Part shown: one piece after another, positions 22,891 to 34,865 of the stretch
Layout: each line of letters opens with the position of its first letter
Numbering within the stretch: the stretch's first letter is position 1
IMG/VR virus record: IMGVR_UViG_3300024272_000072
Strand: one strand, 5' to 3'
DNA length: 64,000 bases
Origin: an uncultured virus (IMG/VR IMGVR_UViG_3300024272_000072)
Lineage: Duplodnaviria > Heunggongvirae > Uroviricota > Caudoviricetes
Notes under the pieces: model-generated
What the model was told of the DNA's origin: nothing
Database searches by the model: none
What the model saw: only the letters and a program-made list of their open reading frames with translations
Program-made: the position numbers and the translations under genes

Positions 22891-23622
22891 ATGGAAAAGA
22901 AAAAATTTACATTCATGGAAACGTATTTTGAGACAGTGGAAGAATTAAAAAAGCATGATCCACAACTCGCCAGCCAATTATTGGAAGCAATCATTCAATA
23001 CGGGTTATATGGAATCGAGCCGGACGATCCATTAATAAAAGCGTTGATGATTCAAATTCAATTCATGATTGACACTGGTAAAGAAATTTCTCAAAAAAAT
23101 TCCGAAAACGGAAAAAAGGGTTGAAGACCAAAAAAAAGCGAAACCCAATCGGAAACAAGCGAAACAAAAGCGAACGAAACCGAAAAAAACCCAAAAAAAG
23201 CGAACGAAAGCGAATGAAAACAAAAAGAAAAACAAAAAGAGAAAAAAGAAAAAGAAAAGATTAATACATTATCTTCTTACGAAGATAATGGTGTAAGCAC
23301 GGTTGAATATGGAAATTCAGAAATTAACGAATGTTTAGAAATTATTAAATCGTTTAACGATTGAGTAATTGACGGAACGCAAAAAGGAAACAGAATTTAT
23401 TCAAAGAATTTAATTTGAAAATTGAAAAAATACCCGAGCATTGCAAGTTGAGAATTCACACGGCAAGCAACGTTGAAAGCAATATTGGAAATAATATCGC
23501 AAAACAAATTTTACGCAAGTAAAATCACATCGCCGGAGTCAATTTACAGAAATTTATCAGTTTTATTTCAAGTATGTAAACAACAATGAATGAATCAAAC
23601 ACCAACAATTCCAGTGCTTTAA
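22891..23622 (+). CDS. Replication initiator-like protein (DUF6291-type N-terminus)
   Basis: LLEAIIQYGLYGIEP...NSENGKKGGRPKK followed by a repetitive linker. Confidence 0.65.
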
Positions 23623-23933
23623 AAGTTTATAAGCAATTGACGTATATTCAAACATTCGACGGCGAAATTTACACAACGGAAGTTACGCCGGACGCATTGG
23701 CGGAAAACATGAATAAAAACAAGTTCTTAAAACTTTGAAACGAGCTTTTAAACATTTCAAACATCAAGAGCGTGTTCACAAAACAAACGGACGAAATCGA
23801 CAATGCATTATTGCAGATTTCAGACAAAAATTTACGCGCAAGAACGCAAGCGGAAGTGGACGAACGCAGAAAAACTTGAAGCCGTTTAAACATGGAAATT
23901 TACAAAAACATTTTAGATCGTTTATCAAAGTAA
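23586..23933 (+). CDS. Hypothetical protein (homolog about 59219-59539)
   Basis: LKVYKQLTYIQTFDGEI vs IKVYKEMTYVECYDGTI. Confidence 0.55.
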
Positions 23934-24136
23934 ACATGAGCAAGGAAGAAATTGAAGCAATAGAAAGCAAGCCAGCATTCCATTTGTTTATAATGCGTGT
24001 TGGTTGCAAAAACTTTGCGGATTATATGGATTTATTCCGTGAAGATTGGGAAAAAAGACAAACAGCTTGCGAGTGGTTTATTGAAACATACCCAAACCAA
24101 GCAAAAAATTAATTTATTATTTAAACAATTATTCAA

Positions 24137-24745
24137 ATGTCAAAAAAAACAACAAACGTATATTCAAAAATTCAAGCCGTAAAATCAAAATTATTGGCGA
24201 TGAATTTAAAGAAAAGTGGAGAAAATAAATATGCATGATTCAAGTATTACGAATTGGCGGATATTCTCCCAGCAATTATTGATTTATGCACAAAGTATGG
24301 ATTATTTACACGCATTTCATTTGACAATGAGCATGCAACGTTGGAAATTTCAAACGTTGATAATTCCGAAGAATCAGTGTTTTATACATCACCAATGCGT
24401 GAGCTTGAATTAAAAGGTTGTAATAGAATTCAAGCATTGGGTGGGGTTGAAACATACCAAAGGAGATATTTATATTTAAATGCATTTGATTTGGTTGAAA
24501 ACGACACATTCGACGCCGTTTCATGAGACGAAGCAAAAGCAGAGAAAAAAGAAACAACAACAGCAACAGCCAGTATGCAACCAACAGCACGATTTAACGA
24601 CAAAGAATTGGAGCAATTAAAAGCAAATGTTGAATGGTTGCAAAGTTTCAAAACAAGCGATGAATTAATCAAATCAATTTCAACGAAATATAAGATTTCA
24701 AAGGACATGAAAATAAAAATTGCGGAAGTTCGAGCAAATGTTTAA
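24137..24745 (+). CDS. ERF-family single-strand annealing protein
   Basis: KSGENKYAGFKYYELADI, QALGGVETYQRRY. Confidence 0.8.
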
Positions 24746-24764
24746 TTCTTAACCAAAACAAGGA

Positions 24765-25220
24765 ATGAATGAAGAAATAAAAGAATTCGATGTTTGAGAA
24801 TTATTACAAATTCAAGAACAAAACGGAAAAGCCGTTGATGAATTAATTGCAAGACATGAGAAATTTAAAGCAAAGGGGTTGCAATTAACGGATCAAGATA
24901 TGTTTGACCGGATAAGGTTATGGGAAGAAATGAAAGACAAAATTACAGAATTGAAAAGCACATATTACGAAGAAAAACAAGAAATGGATAAAGACAAAGG
25001 AATTAGACTTGTTGAATTAAAAGCAATGTTGGACGAAAAAGGAAAAAAGCAATATACGGATTCAACGGCGGACGCAGTTATTCGCCAAGAATTCAGACAA
25101 AGGGAAAATGAAATTTCAATTCACAAATTACAAGCCGAGTTATTAAATAACAAAGCGGAAACGGTGCAAGAATATATAAACATCGTAAAAATACACATGA
25201 AAAAAAATTTTAGCATTTAA
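24765..25220 (+). CDS. Coiled-coil hypothetical protein (homolog about 60739-61130)
   Basis: GL.L..QDMFDW, G.RL.ELK, TD.TA conserved. Confidence 0.55.
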
Positions 25221-25459
25221 CACAAACAAAAATGATAACATACACAAAAAACAAAATTATTTCCGACAATAGCGGGAAAACAAGGAGTGTGGAAATTGAC
25301 GAAATATTATGATCTGTAAAAAGCAAAAGTTGGTTTATAGCAAGAATGAGAATCGCTTTATTGCTTTCAAAGAAATTGGAGCTTGAAGGAAAAGACGCTT
25401 TAATGGTTGCAAGTTCCATGCGTGCAGATTATGAAACTTTTTATTCTTTAATTTAACAC

Positions 25460-26224
25460 ATGACAAATCAAAACTACAAGAATTTAATTAAATATGCAAT
25501 TGCGTTTATAGTGGTAATTTTATTATGAGTATTGGTGGTTGTATACGCAAGCAACAAACAAGAGCCAATCCAAAAAATATTAAATCAGATTTCAGAAAAT
25601 GAAAACCAATTACAATTATTGGAAGAAAAACAAGCGGAGTTAAACAAAGCAAATGATGAAGCAAAAGCAAAATTATTGAATGAATATGGTTTACAATTAA
25701 CAAATTCGGAAATTCCGAATAATGAAGAATGGACACCATGACAATTAAACGAAAGCGGAGACGCACAGCAAATGCCAGTTATTGAATCAACAACGGAACA
25801 TGAAAGGTTTAAAGAATTAGCAAATGCATATGGTCTGAACCCGTCAACAATATGGGAAGTTGAAAATCATTATTGAATCAAGGAAGGTGTGATTTTATGC
25901 ATAACAGTTGCGGAAACAAGCGGTTGAAATCGTGGTTACGGTTGAAAAAACATCGGAAGTGTTGGAAGTAACGACAGATGAGACCGCCCAACATACGCAT
26001 TAATGGAAGCTTGACTTGAAGCAATTGGGAAAACATTGAACAACCAATATTTGTGAAGTAAAAAAACTCTTGGTTGTCTATCAAACGCCGGAAGTTGTAA
26101 AGAAAACAACGACAACGGTAAAAGATATGCAACAAGTGAATCAAGCCGAGAAAAAAACATGGTTGCATGTTTGAGCACAATTTATTGATCTATTAATGCC
26201 AGCGACTTTGGTATTAGAAGATAA
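25460..26224 (+). CDS. Membrane-anchored lysozyme-like (glucosaminidase-type) protein
   Basis: N-terminal TM, coiled coil, ILCITVAETSGG..KNIGSVG...YATSESSW; homolog 61353-62159. Confidence 0.55.
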
Positions 26225-26249
26225 CCTTTTATATTCTTATTTCAGAAAC

Positions 26250-26666
26250 ATGGAAACACCAAAAAATCAAGGGGGGGGGGACGAATTAAACGGATTCACA
26301 GTAAACCCAGCGTTTTTATTACAAGACATGCCAGTGGATTTCTTCGATTTTCAATTCATAATGAATGCAAATTGAACATTGAAGGAAACAAGGTTTAATG
26401 ACCAAGTTCTTGATCCAGCAATTTGAAGCAGTTTATTCATTATTAAAGAGAAATATTTCAAGAAAATTAAACAGCATAAAATGGATAAAAAGAAAATTGA
26501 AAGCCACAAAGAAGAAAAGCAAAGAATGATTGACGCATGGAAACAAAAAGAGCACAATTATCAAGGACATATAAGGTATACAGAAAAAGCATGCGGTGAA
26601 CAAAAACGTTTATTATTAGCAATTGGAATGATTGCACACAATACAAAGAAAAGCCAAGAAATTTAA
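26250..26666 (+). CDS. Hypothetical protein with a G10 tract near the start
   Basis: Open frame through GGGGGGGGGG at 26271-26280. Confidence 0.55.
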
Positions 26667-26694
26667 ACCATTTATTCTTTAACAAAAAAATAAC

Positions 26695-27246
26695 ATGTTT
26701 GAACGAATTAAAAGCTTCTTCATGAGAAGAAAAATTGACAAAGCAGTGGTTGAAAGTTTAAAGGAACAAAACCAAAGCTTGAAAAACAGAATTGATATTT
26801 TGGAAAACAACACACCAAAGAAACGTTGCCCAAAATGTAAACAATACAAGTTGTATTCAGATTTCAACAAGAACAAAACCAAAAAAGACGGTTTACAAAC
26901 AGAATGTAAAGATTGCCACAGATTAATGTTAAAAAGAAACAATCCAAACCGCTTTACACCGGACAGAAAAGAATTTTACGGGTGATATTTAATAACAAGT
27001 GAAAGATATATCAGCTATGAGATAAACAACACCGTTTACACAATAATTGATATATTCAGATTCAATTATTTATGCAACCATTATTGAAAAGATATGGTTC
27101 GGGGAAAAGTAATGCAATTGATTAAATGGTTGAATAAAAACAATATGCGACATACAGACGAAGATTATTTTTACAGATTAAGAGCATGGTTAAACAAACA
27201 ACAAATCATGGATAACGAAAAACAAGGGAAAACTTTATTTCAATAA
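26695..27246 (+). CDS. Zinc-finger hypothetical protein
   Basis: KRCPKCKQYK..FNKNKTKKDGLQTECKDC. Confidence 0.55.
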
Positions 27247-27255
27247 CACTTGCAA

Positions 27256-29960
27256 ATGAAATATATGCAATTTTACAGAGAACACCAAGACATAAACCAA
27301 GGAATTTCATATAATGCATTTGTTTCAAGGGTAAATTGTGGACGAGATCCATTTGAAGCGATTCAAACGCCAGCGAATAAATACAAAACAAAAAGAATAT
27401 ACGAACCAAAAAGAGAAATAAAACAGCCAGCAAGAACAGTAATTGACATAAAATACAGCCGAGAAGAAGCGATTGTTTTTGCCAGTGCGTATGAAGATTT
27501 GATTAAAGACTTGCAAGCCAAATATGATGAATGCGAAGAACCGCAAGAAGCAAATGAAATATTGAAAAAGAAGCGTCAAGTTGAAAAGGAATATGAAATA
27601 TTTTTAGATCATAATATTTAATAAAAAATGAAACCGGAAGACACAAAAAGGTTTTTGGAGCAAGAATTAATGCACCGCAGATTTCAAGACAATATTGGAA
27701 ACAAGGAAAAACAAATGGAACGTGAAATTATGATGTTAAAAAAAGAAAATTCAGAATTAAAAGACGAAATAAAGCAATTTTCAAACGGATTCAATATGCT
27801 TGCAAGAAAATTTAAAGATTTAAACACGGAACATGAAAAATTAAAAACGGATTATAAGCATTTATCGGAAGCGTTTATGGACGTGGTGCATGATCATAAA
27901 TAATTTAACAATTAAAAAACAAGGTAAAATGGAAAAAAATTATTCAAAAATTGCCGATGAAATATTGGAATCGATAGAGCGAAAACAGGACGAACGCAAA
28001 GAAATTGATTACGAAAAAATGTATAAAACCGGCGACCACATAATATTACAATGAAAATTCATGGGGGTCGATGTTCTTATATTGTTTTATGGTAAAATGT
28101 GACACCCGTGTGCATATTTCAGAATTCCAGACGAAAACAGCACATTGAAAAGGTTGGTATTAATGGAATGATACGACGCCGTGCCGTTTCAATGTGTGAA
28201 TTGGTGATTTACTTTTTGACAAGAAATTGGAAAAACAAACGACCAAAGGTTGAAAATGTGATTTACGCCGTGAGTTTGGCTTGGTCGGGATTATGGACAT
28301 TGTGACGACTTTGTTTCGTATTATAAGGAACAATGAATCACAGGTTTAATGGAAAATAAAAAGCGAACAACAAGCGAAATATTAAAGCAAATAATTCAAC
28401 AGATTTATATATTGGTTGATAAAGGTATTTTATAATTTTATTAAACAATATGGAATTTATGAAAAAATTTTGAATATTTTTGACCGGATTTATTATTGGT
28501 TTTTTTGTGTATTTATTCACAATCGCAAGCGAAATAACAAATTGAGCGATTGCAATTACGCATTTATGAGACACCGCACATATAATGGTTGATTGAGAAG
28601 TAAAGCAAATGTGAGTTGCGGAATTTTACAAAAATGACCATGAAGAAAAAGTTTGGTTGGTAGAATTAAAAACATGAGTTGTTGAAAATATGGTTTATGA
28701 TTATTCATGCCCAGATGTAATTTGACATTGAGAATGTTCAATTGAAATGAGTAAAGACGACCTTTTATATTTTTTAGATAAATAACCATGGCGACAAGTT
28801 ACAAAGACTTGAACATTAAAAGCAATAACTCGCAACGGAGAAAATTTGTTGATTATTATAATCAACGGCGGGAAGAAACTTTTAAAGAAAAGTGATATTT
28901 TAAATACACAATGCGTTTTGACGATGTGCATATAATATCAAAAAGAATGTGATTTATAAAACGATTATGCGACAATGAAAAAATAACACGAACGGAAGTT
29001 TGGAGTTTATGAAAAACAATGCCAACATATTGATATACAACATCACCATATACAACATGCAAAAGCATAAAATTGGAAAACACAATCATAATGATTTTGT
29101 CAATTCAAGACGATCCAATCAGTTTTATTTTATGAATTTTGGAATAATGGACAAATTAGAATTTTTATTAAATGAGTATTGTTCAGAAGAAGAAATAAAA
29201 TGGAAACGACATTTCGTGCCAAATCATTTAGAGTGGGAAGCTTGCGATAATAGCGAATGTTCAGACCTTTTAATTATATCAAAGAAATATTGATTCATAA
29301 AATGGCTTTTAGCTAACGATAAAATAGATTGGTTAAAAGCAAGGAACGCATGATACAACAAACAAAATATTTGAAGGGGTGTCGTGGAAGATAATTTAGA
29401 ACACATGATTAAATTTTTGTCTATATTAGACTATTCAATTGATTTTTTAGATTCTATTTTAAAATAATGAAAACAAAGACAGACATTTTTACAGCCGTTG
29501 AACCGACGGAACTTGAAAAAAATATCAAAGCATATGGTGTATATGCAATATAACATATATACAAAAGACAATGTAAACTTGGCGTGCATACTCGAAAAGC
29601 AAACCGTGTCAATAACTCCACATTTTAAACGGAATTGAAAAATTATCTTTAAAACAAAACCAATAAATGGTTGAAATTGAACGGATATTTTAATGCGACA
29701 AACGGACGAACCAAAGAGTTTAGAATCGGTTATTTGTGGTATGAATGAATATATAAAAGCCAACTTCAAGACGAATTTAGAATTTAATTAATGTAAAATG
29801 CAAAGATCAGAAATTATTGAAGATTACGTAAACGAAAAAATGGACAAATTGGAAGGTAACAAAAAAGAAAAATTTGAAGGTTGCCGGTGATGTTTGGAGT
29901 TCCTATTGGATATTTTAGCAATATGTGCGGTATTAAAACTTCTTTTCTTTATGTAAAAGA
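27256..29960 (+). other. Cluster of short co-oriented hypothetical ORFs (middle region)
   Basis: About 9 closely packed frames open in the recoded code; no function recognised. Confidence 0.5.
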
Positions 29961-30123
29961 AAGCCAAAAATTTTAACATGAAACAATGAATATGTTAAAA
30001 AATTTAACATGAAAAGAAAAAATAAGATTTTGAAAACAGCAAGGATTTAATTATATTCTTTGTATGCATAAGTAATTAAATTCTTGTAGAACCTTTGATT
30101 TATATTCAAAGGTGTTTTCATTT

Positions 30124-30573
30124 ATGACGAAAAAAGCCAAAAACCCAAAAATTGATAAAAAAAAATTGAATGATGAAAATGTGGAAATTGCCAAATTAAT
30201 TGCAAAGGTAAGGGATAAATATACATGCCAGCATTGTGGGAAAACAGCCAAGGAAACAGCAATACATGCAAGCCACATAATAAACGAAGCAAGAGATCAT
30301 AGACTTGCCAGCGATCCGGAAAATATAAAAGCATTATGTTATAATTGCCACATAAATTGGCGACATAAAAGCCCGATTGAAGCAAGCGAACGGTTTAATA
30401 AAAAGCGACCGTGAAGATATGATAAATTACAAGAAAAACACGTTGAATATATGGGTAAATGAAGCATTGACGTAATACGAATAATTGAAAGGAATAAATG
30501 GTTAAGGGAAATTTGCGAAGAAATGAAAATTGATATTTCAAAATTCAAGTATGGCGCAAAAATTGATTTATAA
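30124..30573 (+). CDS. NinG/Rap-like HNH endonuclease
   Basis: RDKYTCQHCG, HASHI, NIKALCYNCH. Confidence 0.7.
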
Positions 30574-30589
30574 TTAAACAAGGGAAATC

Positions 30590-31207
30590 ATGGAAATAAT
30601 AAATAAAAAAATCGATGAATTAATACCGTATGAATACAATAATAAAAAGCATGATGAAACGCAAGTAAACAGAATTGCAAATTCAATAAAGGAATTTGGA
30701 TTTACGCAACCGGTGGTAATTGATAAAAATAACGTGGTAATTATTGGACATGGAAGATTGGAAGCAAGCAAAAAATTATGATTAAAAGAAATTCCATGTG
30801 TAAAAATGGAAGATTTAACGGAAATACAAGTAAAGAAATTAAGAATATTGGATAATAAATTAAACGAATCAGAATGGGATTTGGAAAACTTGCAATATGA
30901 TTTGGCGACAATTCCGGATTTCAATATTGGGGAATTGGAAATAAATGTTGATGATCTATTCAATGATTTGTTTCCAGTTGATCCGGACGAATTGGATGAC
31001 AACTTTTCGTTGCCAAGCGGAGAAAAAGCACCATTTGGACAAATAACGTTTACGCTTGCCGACGAACAGAAAAAAGAAATCGAAGAAGCAATAAAGAAGG
31101 TAAAGGAAACAGATTTGTATAAAAGCCAAATGAATTATGGAAACGAAAACAGCAATTGAAACGCTTTATATTGTATTGTGAGCCAATGGATAGCGTTAAA
31201 TCAATAA
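30590..31207 (+). CDS. ParB/Srx-like N-terminal domain protein (DNA-modification associated)
   Basis: IDELIPYEYN..H...IANSIKEFGFTQPVVID..IIGHGRLEA. Confidence 0.8.
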
Positions 31208-31850
31208 TTGTAAAAGTGATTCCAAGTAAAATTGCAAATGAATTCGTAAAAAAGCACCATTATTCATGAAAGGTTGTGCCAAATTCACAGTTGCATTTCG
31301 GGTGCTTCTTAAATGGAATCTTGGGGGGGTTCTCTCTTATTGACCAAGCACAGATAAAAGCAAATTAATTGGGTTGGTGGAGTGAACCGAACGAAACGAA
31401 TTTATCGAATTAAACCGCATGGCTTTCAGTGATGTATTGCCAAGAAATAGTGAATCAAGGTGCATTGCAATAACAATAAGAATGATAAAAAAGCAAGCAC
31501 CGCAAATAAAACGAATAATAAGCTTTGCGGACGGTTGCCAATGTGGAGATTGAACAATATATCGTGCAAGTGGGTTTGAATTAACACAAATAAACCAAAA
31601 CAGATGATTAAGGGTTGATGAAAATGGTAAAGTTTACAGCCAAGTAACATTCTCCGCCCATAAACCAAACGAAATGGATAAATTCAGAAAAATGGAAAAA
31701 ATTGACGGCTTCATGTTGAGATATATAAAATTATTAAAACCAAACTTAAAAAGAAATTATGAAATAATCCCATATTCAGAAATAGACAATTATGGTGCGT
31801 GAATGTATAAAGGGGAAAAGGTAACAAGAAAAGAAAGACACACAAAATAA
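31186..31850 (+). pseudogene. mom: Mom-like (GNAT) adenine-modification enzyme, frameshifted at a G7 tract
   Basis: KHHYSGK..LHFGCF; after adding one G at 31323-31329: ELNRMAFSDVLPRNSESRCI..WIISFADGCQCGDGTIYRASGF; as assembled it stops at 31366-31368. Confidence 0.75.
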
Positions 31851-31865
31851 AAAAGTGTGTGTTAT

Positions 31866-31939
31866 GCGTGCGTGGTGTAATGGTTGCATGTTCACATTCC
31901 AGTGGAAGGAGAAAGTTCAAATCTTATCCGCACGCTCCA
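31866..31939 (+). tRNA. tRNA-Gly-like RNA, non-canonical
   Basis: Acceptor GCGTGCG/CGCACGC + T-CCA, D arm GTGTAATGGTTGCAT, TTCAAAT T-loop; 6-nt anticodon loop ATTCCA; bulged T stem. Confidence 0.7.
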
Positions 31940-31965
31940 TTTAATAATTTAATTCAAAAAGAAAC

Positions 31966-32187
31966 ATGGACAAACAGCAAATGGAAAAAGAAATTAAAAG
32001 GTTGAATAAATTGGTGTGCCAACAAGAAATTGAATATCACCAATTATTGAGAACCGCAAAAAGGGTTGAGAAAAATTACGAAAATTTGGAATGGATCGTA
32101 AAGGTTGCAATAAACATGGTGTATGATAAAGACGAAAACGAAGCAATCGATTTCTTAACCAAACAATTTACAAGACATAAAATTTAA
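31966..32187 (+). CDS. Hypothetical protein
   Basis: ORF track, co-oriented. Confidence 0.45.
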   Translation: MDKQQMEKEIKRLNKLVCQQEIEYHQLLRTAKRVEKNYENLEWIVKVAINMVYDKDENEAIDFLTKQFTRHKI

Positions 32188-32207
32188 TTGGTAACGCATA
32201 AATAAAA

Positions 32208-32666
32208 ATGCCAAAGCAAAAGCGAGATTGGAACAAGGTAAAATTGGAGTTTATTCAATCAGATTTCGACGAAGTGAAACAATTTATGCAAGATAAATAC
32301 AATATTTATAATTGAGAAATTGCAAAAAATACAAAGGGGCGGACAAAAGACAAAGTGGAACGGAAGAAAAAGATATTGGAAAAGGCGTTGGAGAAAAGTG
32401 CGGAAAAACAAGCGGATTCGTTGGAATTAACAATTGAATTCTTGAAGAAAGCAAAAAAGAACGCATTAATTAAAATTGCAAAACAAATAACAACAAATGA
32501 TTTAATGAGCGTAAAGGATTTGGTAAGGTGATTGTGAACAATAAAAACGGAATTGTGAGAACCAACGAAAATTACGAAAAATGAAAACATGAATAAAGAA
32601 GAAAATGTGAGTTTAACGGACGAAGAATTGGAAGCTTTAAAAATTATATTAAAGAAGAACAAATAA
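32208..32666 (+). CDS. Terminase small subunit (putative)
   Basis: Abuts terL; DWNKVKLEF..KGW helical pattern, SLTDEELE tail. Confidence 0.6.
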
Positions 32667-34139
32667 ATGGATTACAACGAAGCAATAAACATATTCAAGA
32701 AAAGCCCATTATTAAGAAAAACATATTTTTCAACCAATTTCTTTGACTTTTGTAAATTCTATTTCATGGAATATTACAACTTTGAAACGCCAAAGTGTTT
32801 GGAGAAATATTACAACGCATTGGAATCATGAAAAAATGTTTATTTCAAGTGATTCCGTTGAAGTGCAAAAACAACCATCGCTCAAATGTATGTTTCATAT
32901 TGCATTGCATATAAAACACGCCGTAATATTATGTGGTATTCACAAACAATTGATAATGCGGAAGAAAATTTAACATATATTGCCAACAGCTTTATAAATG
33001 ATACGGACGCATGAGAAAGATTTTGCAGAGATTATGGAAACTTGTATTATCCGGAAACAGTTATTAAACAATGACAAAAGAAAATAAAAAGAATTGATAA
33101 ATTCGTAACAGAAAACAATTGTTATGTAAGAGCGATGTCACTTTGAACAAGCCCACGTGGTAAGAATTACACCGCACCGGACGGAAAATTCAGACCGGAT
33201 TTATTGGTGTTTGATGATGTGGACACGGTGCAAAGTTGCCAAAGCCGTAAAAAAATTGACAAAAACTTTGAATTCATGTTAAACGAAGTATTGGGTGGAA
33301 CAACGGGAGCAACACAGATAATATTTTTATGAAATACGATATATGAAGATTGAATCGTGCCAAGGTTTGAAGAACATATAAAGAACGATCCAACATGGGA
33401 AATTATAAACTTGCCAATATACGATGAACATAAAAATATTGTTTGGAATAGATTTGTGGAAACGGACGCAGAAGCACAAAAATTGAATGAATGAATCCGT
33501 GAAGTTGCAAAAAGATATGTTTCACTTGAAACCGAACGCAAGAGACTTTGAAGCATATCATTTAATCAGAATTATTTATTAATTCCATATGCAAATTGAC
33601 AGCACATCATCACACGTGATATGATTCAATATGATGAAAATTGCAGAAACTATCAATTCGATTTCATTCAGATTTGAGTTGATCCAGCAGTGAGTGAAAA
33701 AGAGTGAAGCGATGAATATGCAATCAATATGACGTGATTCATTTGAGACAGAATCTATCACCTTGAATCAATCTGATTGAACTGAAAAGAGAAAGACATT
33801 TGAGCGTCTGCGAATGTTGTGTTTCAGAATTATGAAAGATACAAAGCGAAAAGAGTGATTGTTGAAACAGTTGCTTATCAAGCAGTGTTGAAGAATGTGT
33901 TCAAACGCTTGTGAATGGCTGTTCAAGAATACAAAACAATCAAAGACAAAACGACCAGACTTCTTGAAAAACAAGTTCTGTTCGAAGACAAGAAAGTGTA
34001 TTTCGCGCCGTGATATTGAAACGACAAATTGATTGAACAGTTGCTTTCGTTCCCGAATGGCGAACACGATGACAGAATCGACGCGATGTTGCTTGCAATG
34101 CAACAACAAAACAAGAGCTTTTTTATTTCTGCATTTTAG
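32667..34139 (+). CDS. terL: Terminase large subunit (hybrid: 5' phage A, 3' phage B)
   Basis: GFRGSAKTT Walker A, FDDVD Walker B, GVDPA, FPNGEHDD. Confidence 0.9.
33210..33475 (+). repeat. 266-bp exact direct repeat, copy 2
   Basis: Identical to 117-382. Confidence 0.9.
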
Positions 34140-34808
34140 AAAAAATGAGAAGAAAATCAGAACGATATTCACCAGTTCAAAAAGCAGAAGCTTTTGAAGT
34201 TGTTGTGTGTGAAAGACAAATCTTGATGTTTTTGAATGAAGTGAACAAAGATTGAGAACACGAGAAATTCACAACAGAAATCACGATGTTTGAATTTCGA
34301 AAATACATTCAAAAGAAAAAAGACAAACTTGATCCTAATCTGTTTGAATATTGAGAATCAAGAGCTGATGAACTTGATTCAAGAAAAAAAACAGAATAAG
34401 ATACTTTTTTATTCTTTATTGTTTATACAATGTCAGAAAGAACTTACACAAAGATTGATGAATTCACATTCAAATGTGAAGAAGACAGACATCTTGAAGA
34501 AACGATGAAAATCGATGAAAAAATGAATTATCTTGCACAGTGCTTGAATTGATTGCGTCAATGCGTTGCAAGTGCAAACGAAATGCAAGACAAATTCATC
34601 AAGATTGTTGAAACATACAATCGATATGTTGATATGCTTACAGAAGCAAAAGAACAATGTTGATACACATTCAAGTTGCCAGAAAAAATCGTTTTGCCAG
34701 ATTGTTTTGACATCATCGAAGTGAAACTTGAAAACATTCCGAAAATTGATTTCAAACTAAACGAGAACAAAGCAAGCTAAACACTTGCTTTTTTTCTTTT
34801 TATTTTGT

Positions 34809-34832
34809 GCATTCATAGTCGCTGATTATAAT
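34809..34832 (+). promoter_or_regulatory. Putative late promoter, phage B
   Basis: GCATTCAT-N6-TGATTATAAT; second copy at 52830-52853. Confidence 0.5.
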
Positions 34833-34865
34833 GCACACAATGATATTTATATCACAAAAATCTGA

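Larger units (their letters stand above)
117..33209 (+). mobile_element. Phage A: complete temperate siphovirus-like genome unit (33,093 bp), permuted within terL; recoded (TGA=Gly, CGA/CGG=Trp)
   Basis: Full head-tail-DGR-lysis-integrase-replication-terminase gene set; bounded by an identical 266-bp terL segment at 117-382 and 33210-33475. Confidence 0.85.

Noticed and set aside
29965..30015. Short direct repeat AAAAATTT(T)AACATGAAA
   Set aside because: Two AT-rich copies only; not a CRISPR array and no clear function
31866..31939. Suppressor or recoding tRNA for TGA or CGR
   Set aside because: Loop reads ATTCCA, with no TCA, TCG or CCG anticodon, and is the wrong length
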